In this document: positions 1 to 11,471 of the stretch, piece after piece | Position numbering within the stretch: position 1 is the first letter of the stretch | Layout of the letters: every line of letters begins with the position of its first letter | Assembly: GCA_049999805.1 (NCBI GenBank) | Contig: JBNGIO010005778.1 | Coordinates: 36,155 to 79,855 of the forward strand | From: Folioceros fuciformis | Lineage: Eukaryota | DNA length: 43,701 nt | Reading direction: 5' to 3' | Position numbers and translations under genes: made by a program | Notes under the pieces: model-generated | The model's input: only the letters and a program-made list of their open reading frames with translations | Told to the model about the DNA's origin: nothing | The model's database searches: none

Positions 1-958
1 GTGTCGTTGCTGGTTGCTAGTAGTTGCTGGTGTTGGTGCTGGAGCGAGAGAGTGAGTGAAGTGAGTGAAGGAAGACGCAGATCTGAGAGGTTAGAGTCGT
101 TGTAGTGACTGGAGTGAGTTTGTGGGCACCGAGAGAGGTGCAGCTGACCGCCGGACAGCGAGGCCTGTCCTACGCCTGATCGGAGCTGGAGGGGAGCCCT
201 CGAATCCATCATCGAGTTGATCAAGTCCGACCCTCCATCCACAGCAGCAAGGAACCCCATCGCTCCTTCGTGGGAACGAAACCCAATGTCTCAACGACAG
301 TGGGATAAGTGTGGCCACTAAAGGTGGAATCCGTCGGCAATCAGTGCCCGGGGTTTTGCCTCCACAAGAGGAAACACCAGATCTCTCCCCCCGCTGGAGA
401 TTGCATCTTCTGACCTTTTTCCACAGCAGAGAGCAGGAGCGCTGAGCGCCTGGACAGCGAGAGTTGAAACACCACCCACCTTGATGAAGCGTTGCCTGGC
501 ATCTGCCATGTCACTCGAGCAGTCATCAAGCTGGGGTGCCAGCAACTCCTCGCATCTCAGGACCTCAGAATGGAGAACCCACCGGTCGCGCCTCTTCACA
601 TGACCTGGACATGTTGCGGTTGAGTTAGATCCTTCTTTTCATTAAGAGTTTATTTCATAACTTAATGACTGGCATGCATTGCGAAGTGTCTAGATGACCT
701 TCATATGTCCCTTTGCTCGATTGGGATTGCCGAACCCTTGGTCTCTAATCCTTGCTTTGCTAGGAGGGATCAATGTTGAGTCTGTGTCAGGACAGATGGA
801 TAGCTCCAGGTTCCCCTGTGTATCCTGGCATAAACCCAACACCTCCCTCCTTGTGAACCAAGTATTAGAAGTCCTGCAAGAAAACTCACAAACGCTACAA
901 CATTGTGTTTAGTGTCTCTTTTTCCACGAGTCATAACTCAAGGAAGGTCACTTTACGC

Positions 959-2974
959 ATGAACCTAGCGTCTCTTGATCAACTTACAAAACAACTTGGT
1001 CGTCTCAACTTACAGTCCGGGCAGAACACCACCTTGCCAATGGCTTCTGGCTTGGGACTGTCCCACAATCTTGCAGGACCATCCTTCACTTCTGAGCTCA
1101 AGGAAAAGGACTGATTAAATGGAACACGTTACCAAGTTTGGAAAGTTCGAATGAAGTCCACTCTTGTAGCGTGAGGCGTATGGAGTGTGGTTGATGCTAC
1201 ATTCAAGAAACCTGACCCCAACTCACTGCCTCCCCCGTCAGTCAGTGACATCCAAAAATGGGACCAACTAAACTCAATAACACTTGCCCTACTCATCGGA
1301 GGTTTGGATGCTGACTTCGTACCTGATGTCGAGTATCTCACTAGTGCTTCCGAGATATGGGATCAACTTGCGGCCACATATGGGGTACAGAATATTCTTA
1401 CCTTGTGTGCAGCCAGGCAGGAATTCTATGGGCTACGTATGAGGGAGGGAGACAAAGTGGCATATCATGTCACCAAGTTCCGCCACCTGCGAGCTCAAAT
1501 AGTTGCCCTTGGCTGCAAGATGGACGAGGTAGAGGCTGTTGCTCAACTGATGAGTAGCCTCCCTTCTTCCTATCAAAACTTCATCTCCACACAGAATGCA
1601 CCCATCCAGACTGCTCATCAGGCATCCTCTGCTGGTACTCTTGTCACCATTAAACTTGAAGAAGTTATTGGTGTTCTATTCCAGGAAGAGCAAGGGTGCC
1701 TATTTGGCGGATCTAGAAGTAAAGCTGACAAAGTGCTTACCGCTCGGTTTAAGAAATCGAAGGGTAGGGCACATGGTGGTCGAGCTAATGGTGCATCATT
1801 CCCACCAGCAGCGCCCAAGCGGATAGGGAACTGTAATTGGTGTGGTGCCGCTAGACATTGGGCACGTGAGTGCCTCAACAAGAAATTTGGCGAACCACAG
1901 CGATCACAACCCACAAGACCGTCAGCGAACATTGTTGTCAAGGAGAAAGGAGAGAACTCTAAGGCTACAGTGAAGATACTCACAGTCTATATGAGGACTT
2001 CATCGCATGGCATAGATGACTGGTTCCTAGACTCAGGAGCCACTGCACATATCTGCAACAACAAAGATTTGTTCTTTAGTTTGACAGCGTGTCGAATGGA
2101 GGATAAAGTCTTGCTTGGTGATGAAAGGAGTGACACTAGCCTCCGAGTCGAAGGACATGGGGAATGTACCTTCATTCTCGATGACAACACAGTTCTGAAG
2201 GTCGTCGGAGTTCTATTTGTATCTGAGATGGCCAAGAATCTTCTGTCAATGAGCAAGATCATGCAACTTTGGACGTATGAGATACGTGTCGCTGATGATG
2301 CCTGCTGCTTTTACAGGAAGAATTCCTTTGGTGCATGTGCATTTAGAGGCGTCCTTGACCATGACTTGTACAGGCTAGAGCTGAGGTGTTCCCCTCACCT
2401 GTAAGTCACTCCTCCTTTACTGTCAACATGAAGACAACTAGGTTAGCATCCTTGTGGCACGCACGTCTAGGTCATGCTGACAGACACAAACTCATTGACA
2501 TGGCACGGATAGGCTTTCACAGAGAGCCCCTACCTGCTTGTTTTAGGGACCTCCCCATCTGTGAATCATGCATTCTCGTCAAACAGAAGGAGTTACCATT
2601 CCCTAAAGCTGCACACAGAGCAAAGACTGTCCTTGCTCTTGTACATGCTGATATCTTAGGCAAGATCCACGAGCCATCTTTGGGTGGAGCCTTATACTAC
2701 TTAACCCTTACCGATGACTTCAGTTAGTATTCTTGGACTATACCTATACAACTGAAAAGTGATACCCTTATGCACTTCAAGCAATGGCTTCCAATTGCGC
2801 AAAGACAATCTTGATGCCTCCTTAAAGTCGCGCGTAGCGACAATGGGACAAAGTTTGTCAATAATGCATTTGACAACTATCTCCAAGAACAAGACATATA
2901 AAGGCAGCTTATCGTTCCATATACCCAACAACAGAATGACAACGCCGAAAGAAACACTACTAGGGATGGCGAGG
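959..2974 (+). mobile_element. Degenerate, 3'-truncated Ty1/copia LTR retrotransposon (gag-protease-integrase; RT/RNaseH absent)
   Basis: The gag frame starts at ATG 959 and runs in frame through two TGA stops (~1112, ~1172) into ORF 1187-2404. That ORF has a CCHC knuckle (CNWCGAARHWAREC) and protease WFLDSGATAH. After a frameshift near 2400 come GAG-pre-integrase LWHARLGH...CESC and integrase core LVHADI...TLTDDFS*YSW...RSDNG...PYTQQQNDNAER/TLLGMAR with further stops. Protease-integrase order is the copia order. Confidence 0.92.
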
Positions 2975-3221
2975 GGGGGGTGGGTGCTGGATGGCAGGAA
3001 GGGGGTGCTGGATGGCAGGAAGGGGTTTGGTTTGGGTTGTGGTCCTCGCGAAAGGGTTTAGTTTGGGGCATGCTGGATGTCCGGTTTGGTTTTGGCCTTC
3101 AAAAGTCGCGTACGTGCCTTCAAAGTCGTGTACGTGCCTTCGAAGTCGTGTGCGCGCCAAAGGGGACGAATAACCGGTGCGATTGTAAAAAATCCTAGAG
3201 AGAGGGGCGTGTCCCCTTTGG
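2975..3221. repeat. GC-rich repeat cassette at the copia truncation point
   Basis: Two copies of GGGTGCTGGATGGCAGGAAGGG (~2982-3025), three copies of a ~19-20 bp CCTTC(A/G)AAGTCG(C/T)GT(A/G)CG unit (~3096-3157), and an 11-bp inverted repeat CCAAAGGGGAC (3157-3167) / GTCCCCTTTGG (3211-3221). Confidence 0.7.
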
Positions 3222-3939
3222 TATGCCATAATAGACAGGAATCTTCACTTCCCTGAAGAGCGGACATGAACCCAAGAGTTGGTGAAGAACAGGTTTCGGG
3301 CGGCGGGTGGGGGCAACACGGCCCCGCCCGGCCCGGAACGAGCATCAAATGTGTGGGGTGACTCTAATGCGGCTTGACATGGTGTGCGTCTTGCAACGGC
3401 CATGAGGCTGCATGTGTTAAAACATCCGCAGCAGGAGGGTGTTTCGGAACCACAGCAAGAGGAACAGTCGTACGTTCTGGGTTGGGGTGCTACCTCACTT
3501 CCAACTCCAGAGTATGGACCTGCCAGCAACGTCCCACTATCATGACACATGTTCACAGCACAATGCAGCACAGCGCGCGCCCACTGTGTCAAGCCCTCAC
3601 TAAGCCTCCTCCTCCATACTACCCTGCAGAAGTGCCGGCAAGCCGCTGCTCTTGGCTTCACCACCGCCAACTTCTTCTTTGGCTCAACAAACATCCTGAA
3701 CTTCCTCCGCCACTCCACTCTGTCGGGTTGACAGCCCAAGAGCAAGCGTAAGCATTGTCCACTCTGGGAGTTATTCAACAATCGTAACTCTCACGTAAGC
3801 CACATCCCAGGGAGCTGGCACAGCAGAACGCCTCGATTTCAAAATCAGTCCCAATTTGAAGGTTTCTGTCCTGGTGGAGTAGGTGTTCTTATGTCACACA
3901 TGATATGCATGCTCGTGTAAACATGGCTTGTGCAGCGAC

Positions 3940-6900
3940 ATGCAAGCAATCAGACCTTCCTTCTCCAGTTCTGGCAAGCGTGCGTGGACCTGGACCTGGA
4001 TCGGGGTGACAGTCACCCGACGTGCCAGAGGAGCGTGTCCGAGGACGATCGTCACCTTCACAAACATTCAGAATCAGCCACAGCAGGGGCGGGCTGGAGT
4101 AACTGCTGAAGCCGTGAGCGGACTCTGTCAGCAAGGGAACCTTCCTGAAGCCGTCGAAGCTCTGGGACTTTTGGTTTGCACCCACTCCCATCTTTTCAGA
4201 TCCCTCTTCTACACGGTCCTCAAAGAATGTGTGGCTACCAAGGATCTACTCCTGGGTCGCCGGGTTCATGCTCTCGCCGTCAAGAGGGGCTACGAGGCGG
4301 ACACGTTCTTGTGCAACCACATCCTGCGAATGTATGCCTCTCATGCCAGGTTGCAAGAGGCAATGGATGTGTTTACTCGGCTAGCCCAACCAGATGCCTT
4401 TACCTGGTCTGCCATAATTTCTTCCCATGTTAAACAGGGACAAGATAAGCGGGCTCTTCAACTCTATCACCAGATGCGCACGTCGAATGTGAAGCCAGAT
4501 GGCCATGTGTTTGTCGCAGCACTGCAAGCTTGTGCAAGGTCAGCTGACTTGGAATCTGGGCAGCAGGTGCATGCTCATGTCTTGGCTACTGACATGGAGC
4601 CCAATTTGTTTGTTTGGAATTGCCTGCTAGACATGTATGCAAAATGTGGTCGCTTGGATGACGCCCGTAGAGTGTTTGATTCGCTTCGTGAAAAGGATGT
4701 CGTGACTTGGACTGCCATGATAGCAGGATACTCTCAGCAGGGCATGGGGCAGGAAGCTCTTCATCTCTATAGGGCTATGCAGGAAGAAGGCATCGTGGCA
4801 CCCAATTCCATCACACTTGCTAGTCTCCTGCAGGCATGTGCAATTGTGGGTGCCCCGGCGTTAGCCCAAGGGAAGCAGCTTCATGCACACATCAGGGAAC
4901 GAGCACTTCAAGCTGACGTGTTTGTAGCCAACGGTTTAGTAAACATGTATGCAAAGTGTGGCAGCCTGGAAGAAGCTCAGCAAGTATTTGACGGCCTTGG
5001 TCACAAGAATGTGGTGACGTGGAGTGCCATGATCGCAGGGTATTCCCAGCGGGGCATGGGCCTGGGAGCCCTCCGTCTCTACAGTAGTATGCAAAGAGAC
5101 AGTATGGTTGTACCGGATTCTGTGACATTTCTGTGCCTCCTTCAGGCCTGTGCGAGTCTGGGCAGCTCCCAGGCTTTGGAGATGGGCAAGCAGCTGCATG
5201 CACAAATGGGAGGGCAGGGACTTGTCTCTGATGTGTTTGCAGCCAGCAGTTTGGTAAACATGTATACAAAGTGTGGCAGCCTGGAGGACGCTAGGAGTGT
5301 GTTTGATGGACTGGCGTCAAAGAATGTGGTGATTTGGAACGCAATGATTGCGGGGTACTCCCAGCGGGGTTTGCTCCTGGAAGCCCTTGATCTCTACACC
5401 GCTATGTACGAAGAAGGCAAGGCTGCACCTGATGCTGTCACGTTTGTGTCCCTGCTGCAGGCATGCGCAAGTGTAGGTACCCCGGCGTTGGAGAGGGGAA
5501 AGGAGCTTCATGCACAAACTAGAGAACAGGCGCTCCAGGCTGATGTCTTTGTTTCCAACAGCCTGGTGAACATGTACGCCAAGTGTGGCAGCGTAGAGGA
5601 TGCTCTGGCCGTGTTCAATGGAATTCCTCAGAAAGATGTGGTGACATGGAATGCGATGCTGGCAGGATATTCCCAGCAGGGCATGGGTGAGGAGGCCCTT
5701 CGCCTCTTTAGTGCTATGGAAGAGGGAGGTGTGGCTGCACCCAATTCCGTGACATTCGTGTGCCTGCTGCAGGCATGTGCAAGCGTGAGCACCCCAGCTT
5801 TGGAGAAGGGGAGGCAGCTTCATGCCCAAATTAGAGAACAAGGCCTTCAAGCTGATGTGTTTATAGCCAACAGTCTAGTAAATATGTACGCAAAGTGTGG
5901 CAGCCTAGAGGATGCTAAGGGCGTGTTCGACAGGCTTTTGAAGAAGGATGTGGTGACGTGGAACGCAATGATTGCAGGTTATTCCCAGCAGGGCATGGGC
6001 ATGGAAGCTCTTCGTCTTTTCTGTGGTATGCAAGAAGAAGAAGAAGAGGGAGGTCTGGCTGCACCCGATTATGTGACATTCCTATCCCTTCTACAGGCCT
6101 GCGCAAATGTGGGCACCCCAGCTTTGGAGCTGGGAAAGCAGCTTCATGCAAGGGTCAGAGAAGGAGAAATTCAGGCTGATGTAGTTGTTGGTGGGAGCCT
6201 GGTACAAATGTATGCAAAGTGTGGCACTCTTGAGGATGCTAGGGGCGTGTTTGAGGGACTGGTTCAGAAAGATGCGGTGGCATGGAATGCCATGATACGA
6301 GGATATGCCCAGCAGGGCATGGAGTGGGAAGCCCTTGGTCTTGGCAGGCGTATGCTAGAAGACATGGTTGCACCTGACTCTGTGACGTTCATGTCCCTTC
6401 TCCAGGCATGTGCTAGTGTGGGCGAGCCGGCCTTGGAGCAAGGGAAGCAGCTTCATGCTCAAGTCAGGGAGCAGGGATACGAAGGGGATCCTATTGTTGC
6501 CAGCAGTTTGGTGAACATGTATGCAAAGTGTGGCAGCTTGGAAGACAGTCAGAAAGTCTTCGACGGACTTGGTGAGAAAGACGTGGTGATGTGGACTTCC
6601 CTCATGGCAGCGTATTCCCACCAGGGCATTGGACATGAAGCTCTACGTCTTTTTCGTGCTATGCAAGGAGAAGGCATCGTTGCACCGGATTCTGTGACCT
6701 ATGTCTGCCTCCTCCAGGCGTGTGCAAGTTTGGGCACCCAGGCTCTGGAGACAGGAAGGCAGCTTCATGCACAAATTAGAGACCAAGGAATGGAATCTGA
6801 TGAGTTTGTAGCCAACAGTTTGGTGAGCATGTATGCAAAATGCGGCAGCCTGAGGGATGCTCGGGCTGTGTTTGATGCACTTGGGGGAAAAAGTGTGGTA

Positions 6901-7842
6901 ACTTGGAATTCCATGATTGCAGGGTATTCCCAGCAGGACAGGTTGCTGGAAGCACTTTCTCTCTACAGGGCTATGCGAGAAGGAGGTGTGGTTGAACCCG
7001 ATTGTGTGACTTACATGTGCCTCCTGCAGACGTGTGGAAATGTGGCAGCTTTGCATCTGGGAAGGCAGCTGCATGCGGTGATCGAGGAGCAAGGCCTTCT
7101 AGCTGGCGTTGCTGGCAGCTTGATTAACATGTACGGCAAGTGCGGTAGCATGGTTGATGCACAGCAGGTGTTTGAGGAATTGACTGAACGCGATGTTGGC
7201 ACTTGGAGTGCACTGATTGCAGGGTATGCCAGGAGGGGAGACTCTGATAAGGTGTTCGACCTGGTTCTCAAAATGGAAGAGGCTGGCACGTGGCCTGACG
7301 GCATCACTTTCCTGAGTGTTCTTGCTGCATGCAGTCATAGGGGTTTAGTGAACAAGGGGAGGCACTACTTTGATGCCATGAGCAGGCACCATGGCATCAC
7401 CCCAACGGCAGATCACTACACCTGCATGGTGGACCTGCTGGGTCGTGTCGGACAAGTGGAGGAGGCCCTTGCATTTGTAAGGGCGATGCCTGTACTTGCT
7501 GGTCCTGCGGTGTGGCACACTCTCTTGGGTGCCTGTCGAAAATGGGGCAAGGTAGAGGTGGGACGACATGCCTTTGATGAGGCAGTGAGGCTGGACCAGA
7601 GAGATGCCGCAGCATATGTGTTGATGTGGAACATATTCACGGATGCGCACATGTGGGAGCAGGCACAAGAGATTCAGGCGAGGCGAAAAGGAATCAGGGC
7701 CTGGAAACAACCAGGCCAGAGTTGCTGGACAGACATGGACGGACTGGTGCACAGTTTCTTAGTTGGGGATGCCGAGCGGAAGCAGATGACCTTTTGCAAA
7801 TCGGAATACTTAATCAATGACGAGCGAACAACCAACCTGTGA
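3940..7842 (+). CDS. PLS-class PPR protein (about 10 P-L-S triplets, P2-L2-S2, E1-E2), ending just after a WW-like PG box; organellar RNA-editing specificity factor
   Basis: Single ~1300-aa ORF (first ATG 3940) with repeated MYAKCGSLEDA / VVTWNAMIAGYSQQG / VTFVCLLQAC motifs, LSVLAACSHRGLV, HYTCMVDLLGR, E-domain WHTLLGAC...AYVLMWNIF, then WKQPGQSCWTDMDGLVHSFLVGD. No HxE or CxxC deaminase motifs follow. Confidence 0.95.
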   Translation: MQAIRPSFSSSGKRAWTWTWIGVTVTRRARGACPRTIVTFTNIQNQPQQGRAGVTAEAVSGLCQQGNLPEAVEALGLLVCTHSHLFRSLFYTVLKECVATKDLLLGRRVHALAVKRGYEADTFLCNHILRMYASHARLQEAMDVFTRLAQPDAFTWSAIISSHVKQGQDKRALQLYHQMRTSNVKPDGHVFVAALQACARSADLESGQQVHAHVLATDMEPNLFVWNCLLDMYAKCGRLDDARRVFDSLREKDVVTWTAMIAGYSQQGMGQEALHLYRAMQEEGIVAPNSITLASLLQACAIVGAPALAQGKQLHAHIRERALQADVFVANGLVNMYAKCGSLEEAQQVFDGLGHKNVVTWSAMIAGYSQRGMGLGALRLYSSMQRDSMVVPDSVTFLCLLQACASLGSSQALEMGKQLHAQMGGQGLVSDVFAASSLVNMYTKCGSLEDARSVFDGLASKNVVIWNAMIAGYSQRGLLLEALDLYTAMYEEGKAAPDAVTFVSLLQACASVGTPALERGKELHAQTREQALQADVFVSNSLVNMYAKCGSVEDALAVFNGIPQKDVVTWNAMLAGYSQQGMGEEALRLFSAMEEGGVAAPNSVTFVCLLQACASVSTPALEKGRQLHAQIREQGLQADVFIANSLVNMYAKCGSLEDAKGVFDRLLKKDVVTWNAMIAGYSQQGMGMEALRLFCGMQEEEEEGGLAAPDYVTFLSLLQACANVGTPALELGKQLHARVREGEIQADVVVGGSLVQMYAKCGTLEDARGVFEGLVQKDAVAWNAMIRGYAQQGMEWEALGLGRRMLEDMVAPDSVTFMSLLQACASVGEPALEQGKQLHAQVREQGYEGDPIVASSLVNMYAKCGSLEDSQKVFDGLGEKDVVMWTSLMAAYSHQGIGHEALRLFRAMQGEGIVAPDSVTYVCLLQACASLGTQALETGRQLHAQIRDQGMESDEFVANSLVSMYAKCGSLRDARAVFDALGGKSVVTWNSMIAGYSQQDRLLEALSLYRAMREGGVVEPDCVTYMCLLQTCGNVAALHLGRQLHAVIEEQGLLAGVAGSLINMYGKCGSMVDAQQVFEELTERDVGTWSALIAGYARRGDSDKVFDLVLKMEEAGTWPDGITFLSVLAACSHRGLVNKGRHYFDAMSRHHGITPTADHYTCMVDLLGRVGQVEEALAFVRAMPVLAGPAVWHTLLGACRKWGKVEVGRHAFDEAVRLDQRDAAAYVLMWNIFTDAHMWEQAQEIQARRKGIRAWKQPGQSCWTDMDGLVHSFLVGDAERKQMTFCKSEYLINDERTTNL

Positions 7843-8142
7843 CCATGGTGATACCACGGAGCCAGGTTGTTGATCCAACGCTGAATCCGTTCCTGCCCTG
7901 TGTGATCCGATCGTCATTTCGTTTTGCCAGGGGAACGAATACGTGATGAGAAGAAAACTCGTTTTTGCGTGACAACTCGCTCATTAGCTCATCCTGATAT
8001 AACTCTAGCTAGCTCAGACATTCTTCCGTTAGAATCATAGCTTCATGGGACAGAGAAGAGCGGAGGTGAGCTTGATCTTTTCCCTCCGATGCGCCTTGTT
8101 GACTACAAAATTGCTTTCTCAAGATTAAAAGCAATGCACCCG

Positions 8143-11100
8143 TCAAACGTCTATGACGTCATCTCCATTCCTAGGGTCTTCGTCACCTCGGATTCTCCAG
8201 TCCCCCTAAATATTCACACTCTATTGATCAGCTTCCACCAGCGCGCACGAGCAGTCAACAACACACACGTCTCTCAAATCCATTACCTCATTGAACAAGT
8301 CGTCGAAACGAAGAGTTGCTATACCGTTCACACCTCCTGATGACGCATTACCAGACGATCTACCACTGGCTTTCACACCGCCCATCCCTTCGTCATCACT
8401 GTCACTATCTGCGTCAACTGTAACATCTTTATCTGTTGGAGATGCCCATGTTTCCAGCTCTTCATCTTCCTCGACCACTGTATCCCCTGTACGGACTGCC
8501 CGGGGCTGTCTATCTCGTTTCGTGTCATCCTTCAGAGTTGCGGGATTCCCCCAATAGTCATTCCTCCATGACTTGTCACGCGGATCATACCGTTTCTTCC
8601 CAAGCTCACTTTCAGCCATATAGCGTCCAGGTTCCTCCAAGGGCAGCCCGACTTGTAGCCGGCTGGAGGGAGGAGACAAAGTGAACACCCAAGACTTAGC
8701 CCATATTACCTCACTCCTCGAGGAGAAAACAAATCCAAACTTAAAACACCAACCATGCCGTGTCGCGGGCAAGTGCATGTTCCTCCTCTTGGAAACGTAG
8801 ATTGTGCATATTGTTCAGTTCCTCCATTCTCTTTTCTAGCCGTAACTTTGGCATTTTGAAGTTATCGCCTTCTTTAACTCGCAGCTTATTTATCCTCTGC
8901 GCATGTCACACAACTTCTAGTCGGGCCTGTGTCCATCATGAGTGATGGAAGCCAAGATCTGCGGACAAGAACCAGCTGACAGCTCGCATCCACGTCTAGA
9001 AAACAGATGAGAGACCGTACCTTTCTCTCCGCTCGTGCTGCCACAAGATCCAACTCGGAAACATCCGTTTTCTGAACACAACATCAGAAACGTGTCAAGA
9101 CTCTGGTCACATGATCGTTTAAAATTGCACAGACAGCTGAACTGCACAATGGTGTCACCAATTTCAATGTAGGAAGATCATCCTCGTCCTCTCCGTAGTC
9201 CCACCACACTGACTCCCCATTCGGTCCACGCAGGTCCACAGGTCCAGAATCCACAACTTTCCAATTCTCGTCTTCAAACTCATCATCAGTCGGCTTCCCC
9301 TCCTCGTCATCAAGTATCATCTGCTCTGAAACGTGTAACTGCCACAACTGTGGCAGGTTCACGGGGCTTCAGTAATCCTTTCGCTGTGATCAAAGCACCA
9401 GGGACATCACCAACATCCAAAGGCAAACTGACAGACGCAATGCACCTTACTTTGGGTACATGTGGATGGACTATGACGTTGGGTCCGTCTTCAGCATCCT
9501 TCTCTGGCCTCAACTCCGGCAAGAACGGCCGGTGTGTTTCCCTCTGCATTCATGGTACACATAAGTGCCTGGCCTGGCCTTCAGCCGATGGTGTCTAACG
9601 TCGTAGTGAAGTGCTTACAGCAAGATCATCCAAGCTGGCATCTCCAGGCCTTGTCATGATGGGAGGATAATCAAATCTCTTGAATCTACAACACCAGCAA
9701 AAAGGAGCTCGAGGAGACCGACGTAACACATCTGCCTCCAGGAGAGAACAGAGATGGTTCATAAAATCGTGAAAACCAACATGAAAAGATGAGCTGGGAA
9801 AGATGTCCGCACATAAGATGATCGACATTCGGGTCCACGAACCGAGCCTCGATAGGAAAACGGTAACGATACGGGTCTCTCTTTGCCTGCAATAATGCAA
9901 GAAGGAGTGCGAAAGTCTTGACAAAGATAAACAGCTAACCCCTAACAGAGATAGCGAAACAGTCTTGCTTACCAGTATCTCTACGTGTACACGCATGCCT
10001 ACTTTCACGTAGTTCCTGATGTAGAACCAGTCGTTGTCGCGGATTGCGACCCAACTGCACAGTTGCACAATGCACAGGTATGCTTAAGTATCGAGATCTG
10101 TCAAGGTGATTGAGAGCGAACTCATACCAAATGGCAACACCGCATCGTAAGGAACTGACAGACAGTCCGAGCGTGGCTTACGCATCATGCACACAACCGA
10201 TGGTGACGAAAGCCCCTTCGTAGAGATTGACACACGTCACTTCGCCCCACCAATGCTGCCAGTGCAACAGTTGCCATGAGTCCACTGTCTTGCAACATGA
10301 CCTGAAAGCAATGGACGTTTGCACAAGTTCGAGCAAGGAATACAGTCCAGGGATGCTACTACACCAACCTGTCCAGGATAAACAAAAGGCAGCTCGTACT
10401 GGCGGTGTTGTTAAGGAGCAAGAGGCAATAAGAGTTAGTACTGTTCCGAGCCTGCATTCCTCAAACAGCATCGGCACAAGGCAGTATTTGTCAATAGATC
10501 CACACAGATGGGGTAGCAGTAGTTTGTGATCATGGAAACAAGCCCACCATCCAATCGCCAAGATACTTGTCTCCTGTGCGCCGTCTTCCAGGATAATATT
10601 CTGGATCCACCTCAAGCGCCTCTGCGTCCAGACGGTCTTTATTGGCTGCAAACCAGTGTGCATATTGCTTGAGGAACATTTCCCACCTAGGAGTGGCAAT
10701 CTCTGCACCTTCCGGTTGTACATTGTCCAAGTCCTCAGGTGTCACAGTCACAGCACTCAAAGCGTGGGCCTCACGAATGAAGGCGAGTTCATCTGGATCA
10801 ACCTCCCAGCCTGGGGGAGGCCAATCCCGGGGAGGAATGAGGCTGAAAACCCAGGGCTCATTCCAAAACGTGCCCTCGATGGATGTATTCGGCTTTTCCT
10901 GCTTCTGCTGCTGGGCAATCCTTTCAGACTCCTCCTCCAGGATTCTTTGTTTCTCGGCTCGCTTCTTGGGAATGAGATTCTCGATGGCCTCCAGGGACAC
11001 CTCGGGAGTTTCCTCCCCGTCCGCCAGGCTATCGATGGCAAACTGGGCCTCAGGTGTCAAAATTTCCTCCCATGGAGCCCAGCCTCTGAGAACCCAGTTC

Positions 11101-11471
11101 TTCCTCCTTGCCTCATCCTCGGTCTCCGTGGCTTCCATGTCAGGATAATCGCGTTCCTCAAAGGGCACGAAGTCAGCTTCCGACTGCTCCGGTGCTGCAC
11201 GACGGAGCGGGGCCCGCTCATTTTTGTTTCTGCGGCGAGTGTCGACAATCCTGCCATGCGGAAGCCGGTCGATCCTGCAGAAGGTGACAAGAGGAGAAAA
11301 GCCTGCAGTAGAGCATTGCGAAGCCACAGAAGAAGGCCTCCCTTCCCCCCTCTCCTTTCCCTTCCCCTTCCCCCTCCCCTGCCCCTTTTGGCGCCCAGCC
11401 GAAAAGAAGAGCAGTGTGCCACTCCTGGTGCGGTCCATGCAAGGACACAGGCTCCACTCAAGGCTCGCCAT
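8143..11471 (-). CDS. PTAC10: Plastid transcriptionally active chromosome protein 10 (PAP3, S1-domain PEP-associated protein), multi-exon
   Basis: Exon 11471-10548 has GWAPWEEILTPEA, IPPRDWPPPGWEVD and YYPGRRR. Then a 30-nt exon 10398-10369 (YELPFVYPGQ), exon 10255-10182 (GEVTCVNLYEGAFVTIGCVHD, S1-like), and exons NDWFYIR..KVGMRVHVEI, KRDPYRYRFPIE, RFDYPPI, LWQLHVSEQMILDD, with GT-AG borders. The terminal exon ~8205-8143 is inferred; the alternative unspliced stop is at 8221. Confidence 0.92.

Noticed and set aside
1-958. 5' LTR and primer-binding site of the copia element
   Set aside because: Plausible by position, but no TG..CA boundary or canonical tRNA-Met PBS could be identified, so no coordinates are claimed.
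2955-2970. CACTACTAG as a CACTA transposon terminus
   Set aside because: It lies within integrase codons (ACA CTA CTA GGG ATG GCG AGG = TLLGMAR), and no matching CTAGTAGTG end was found.
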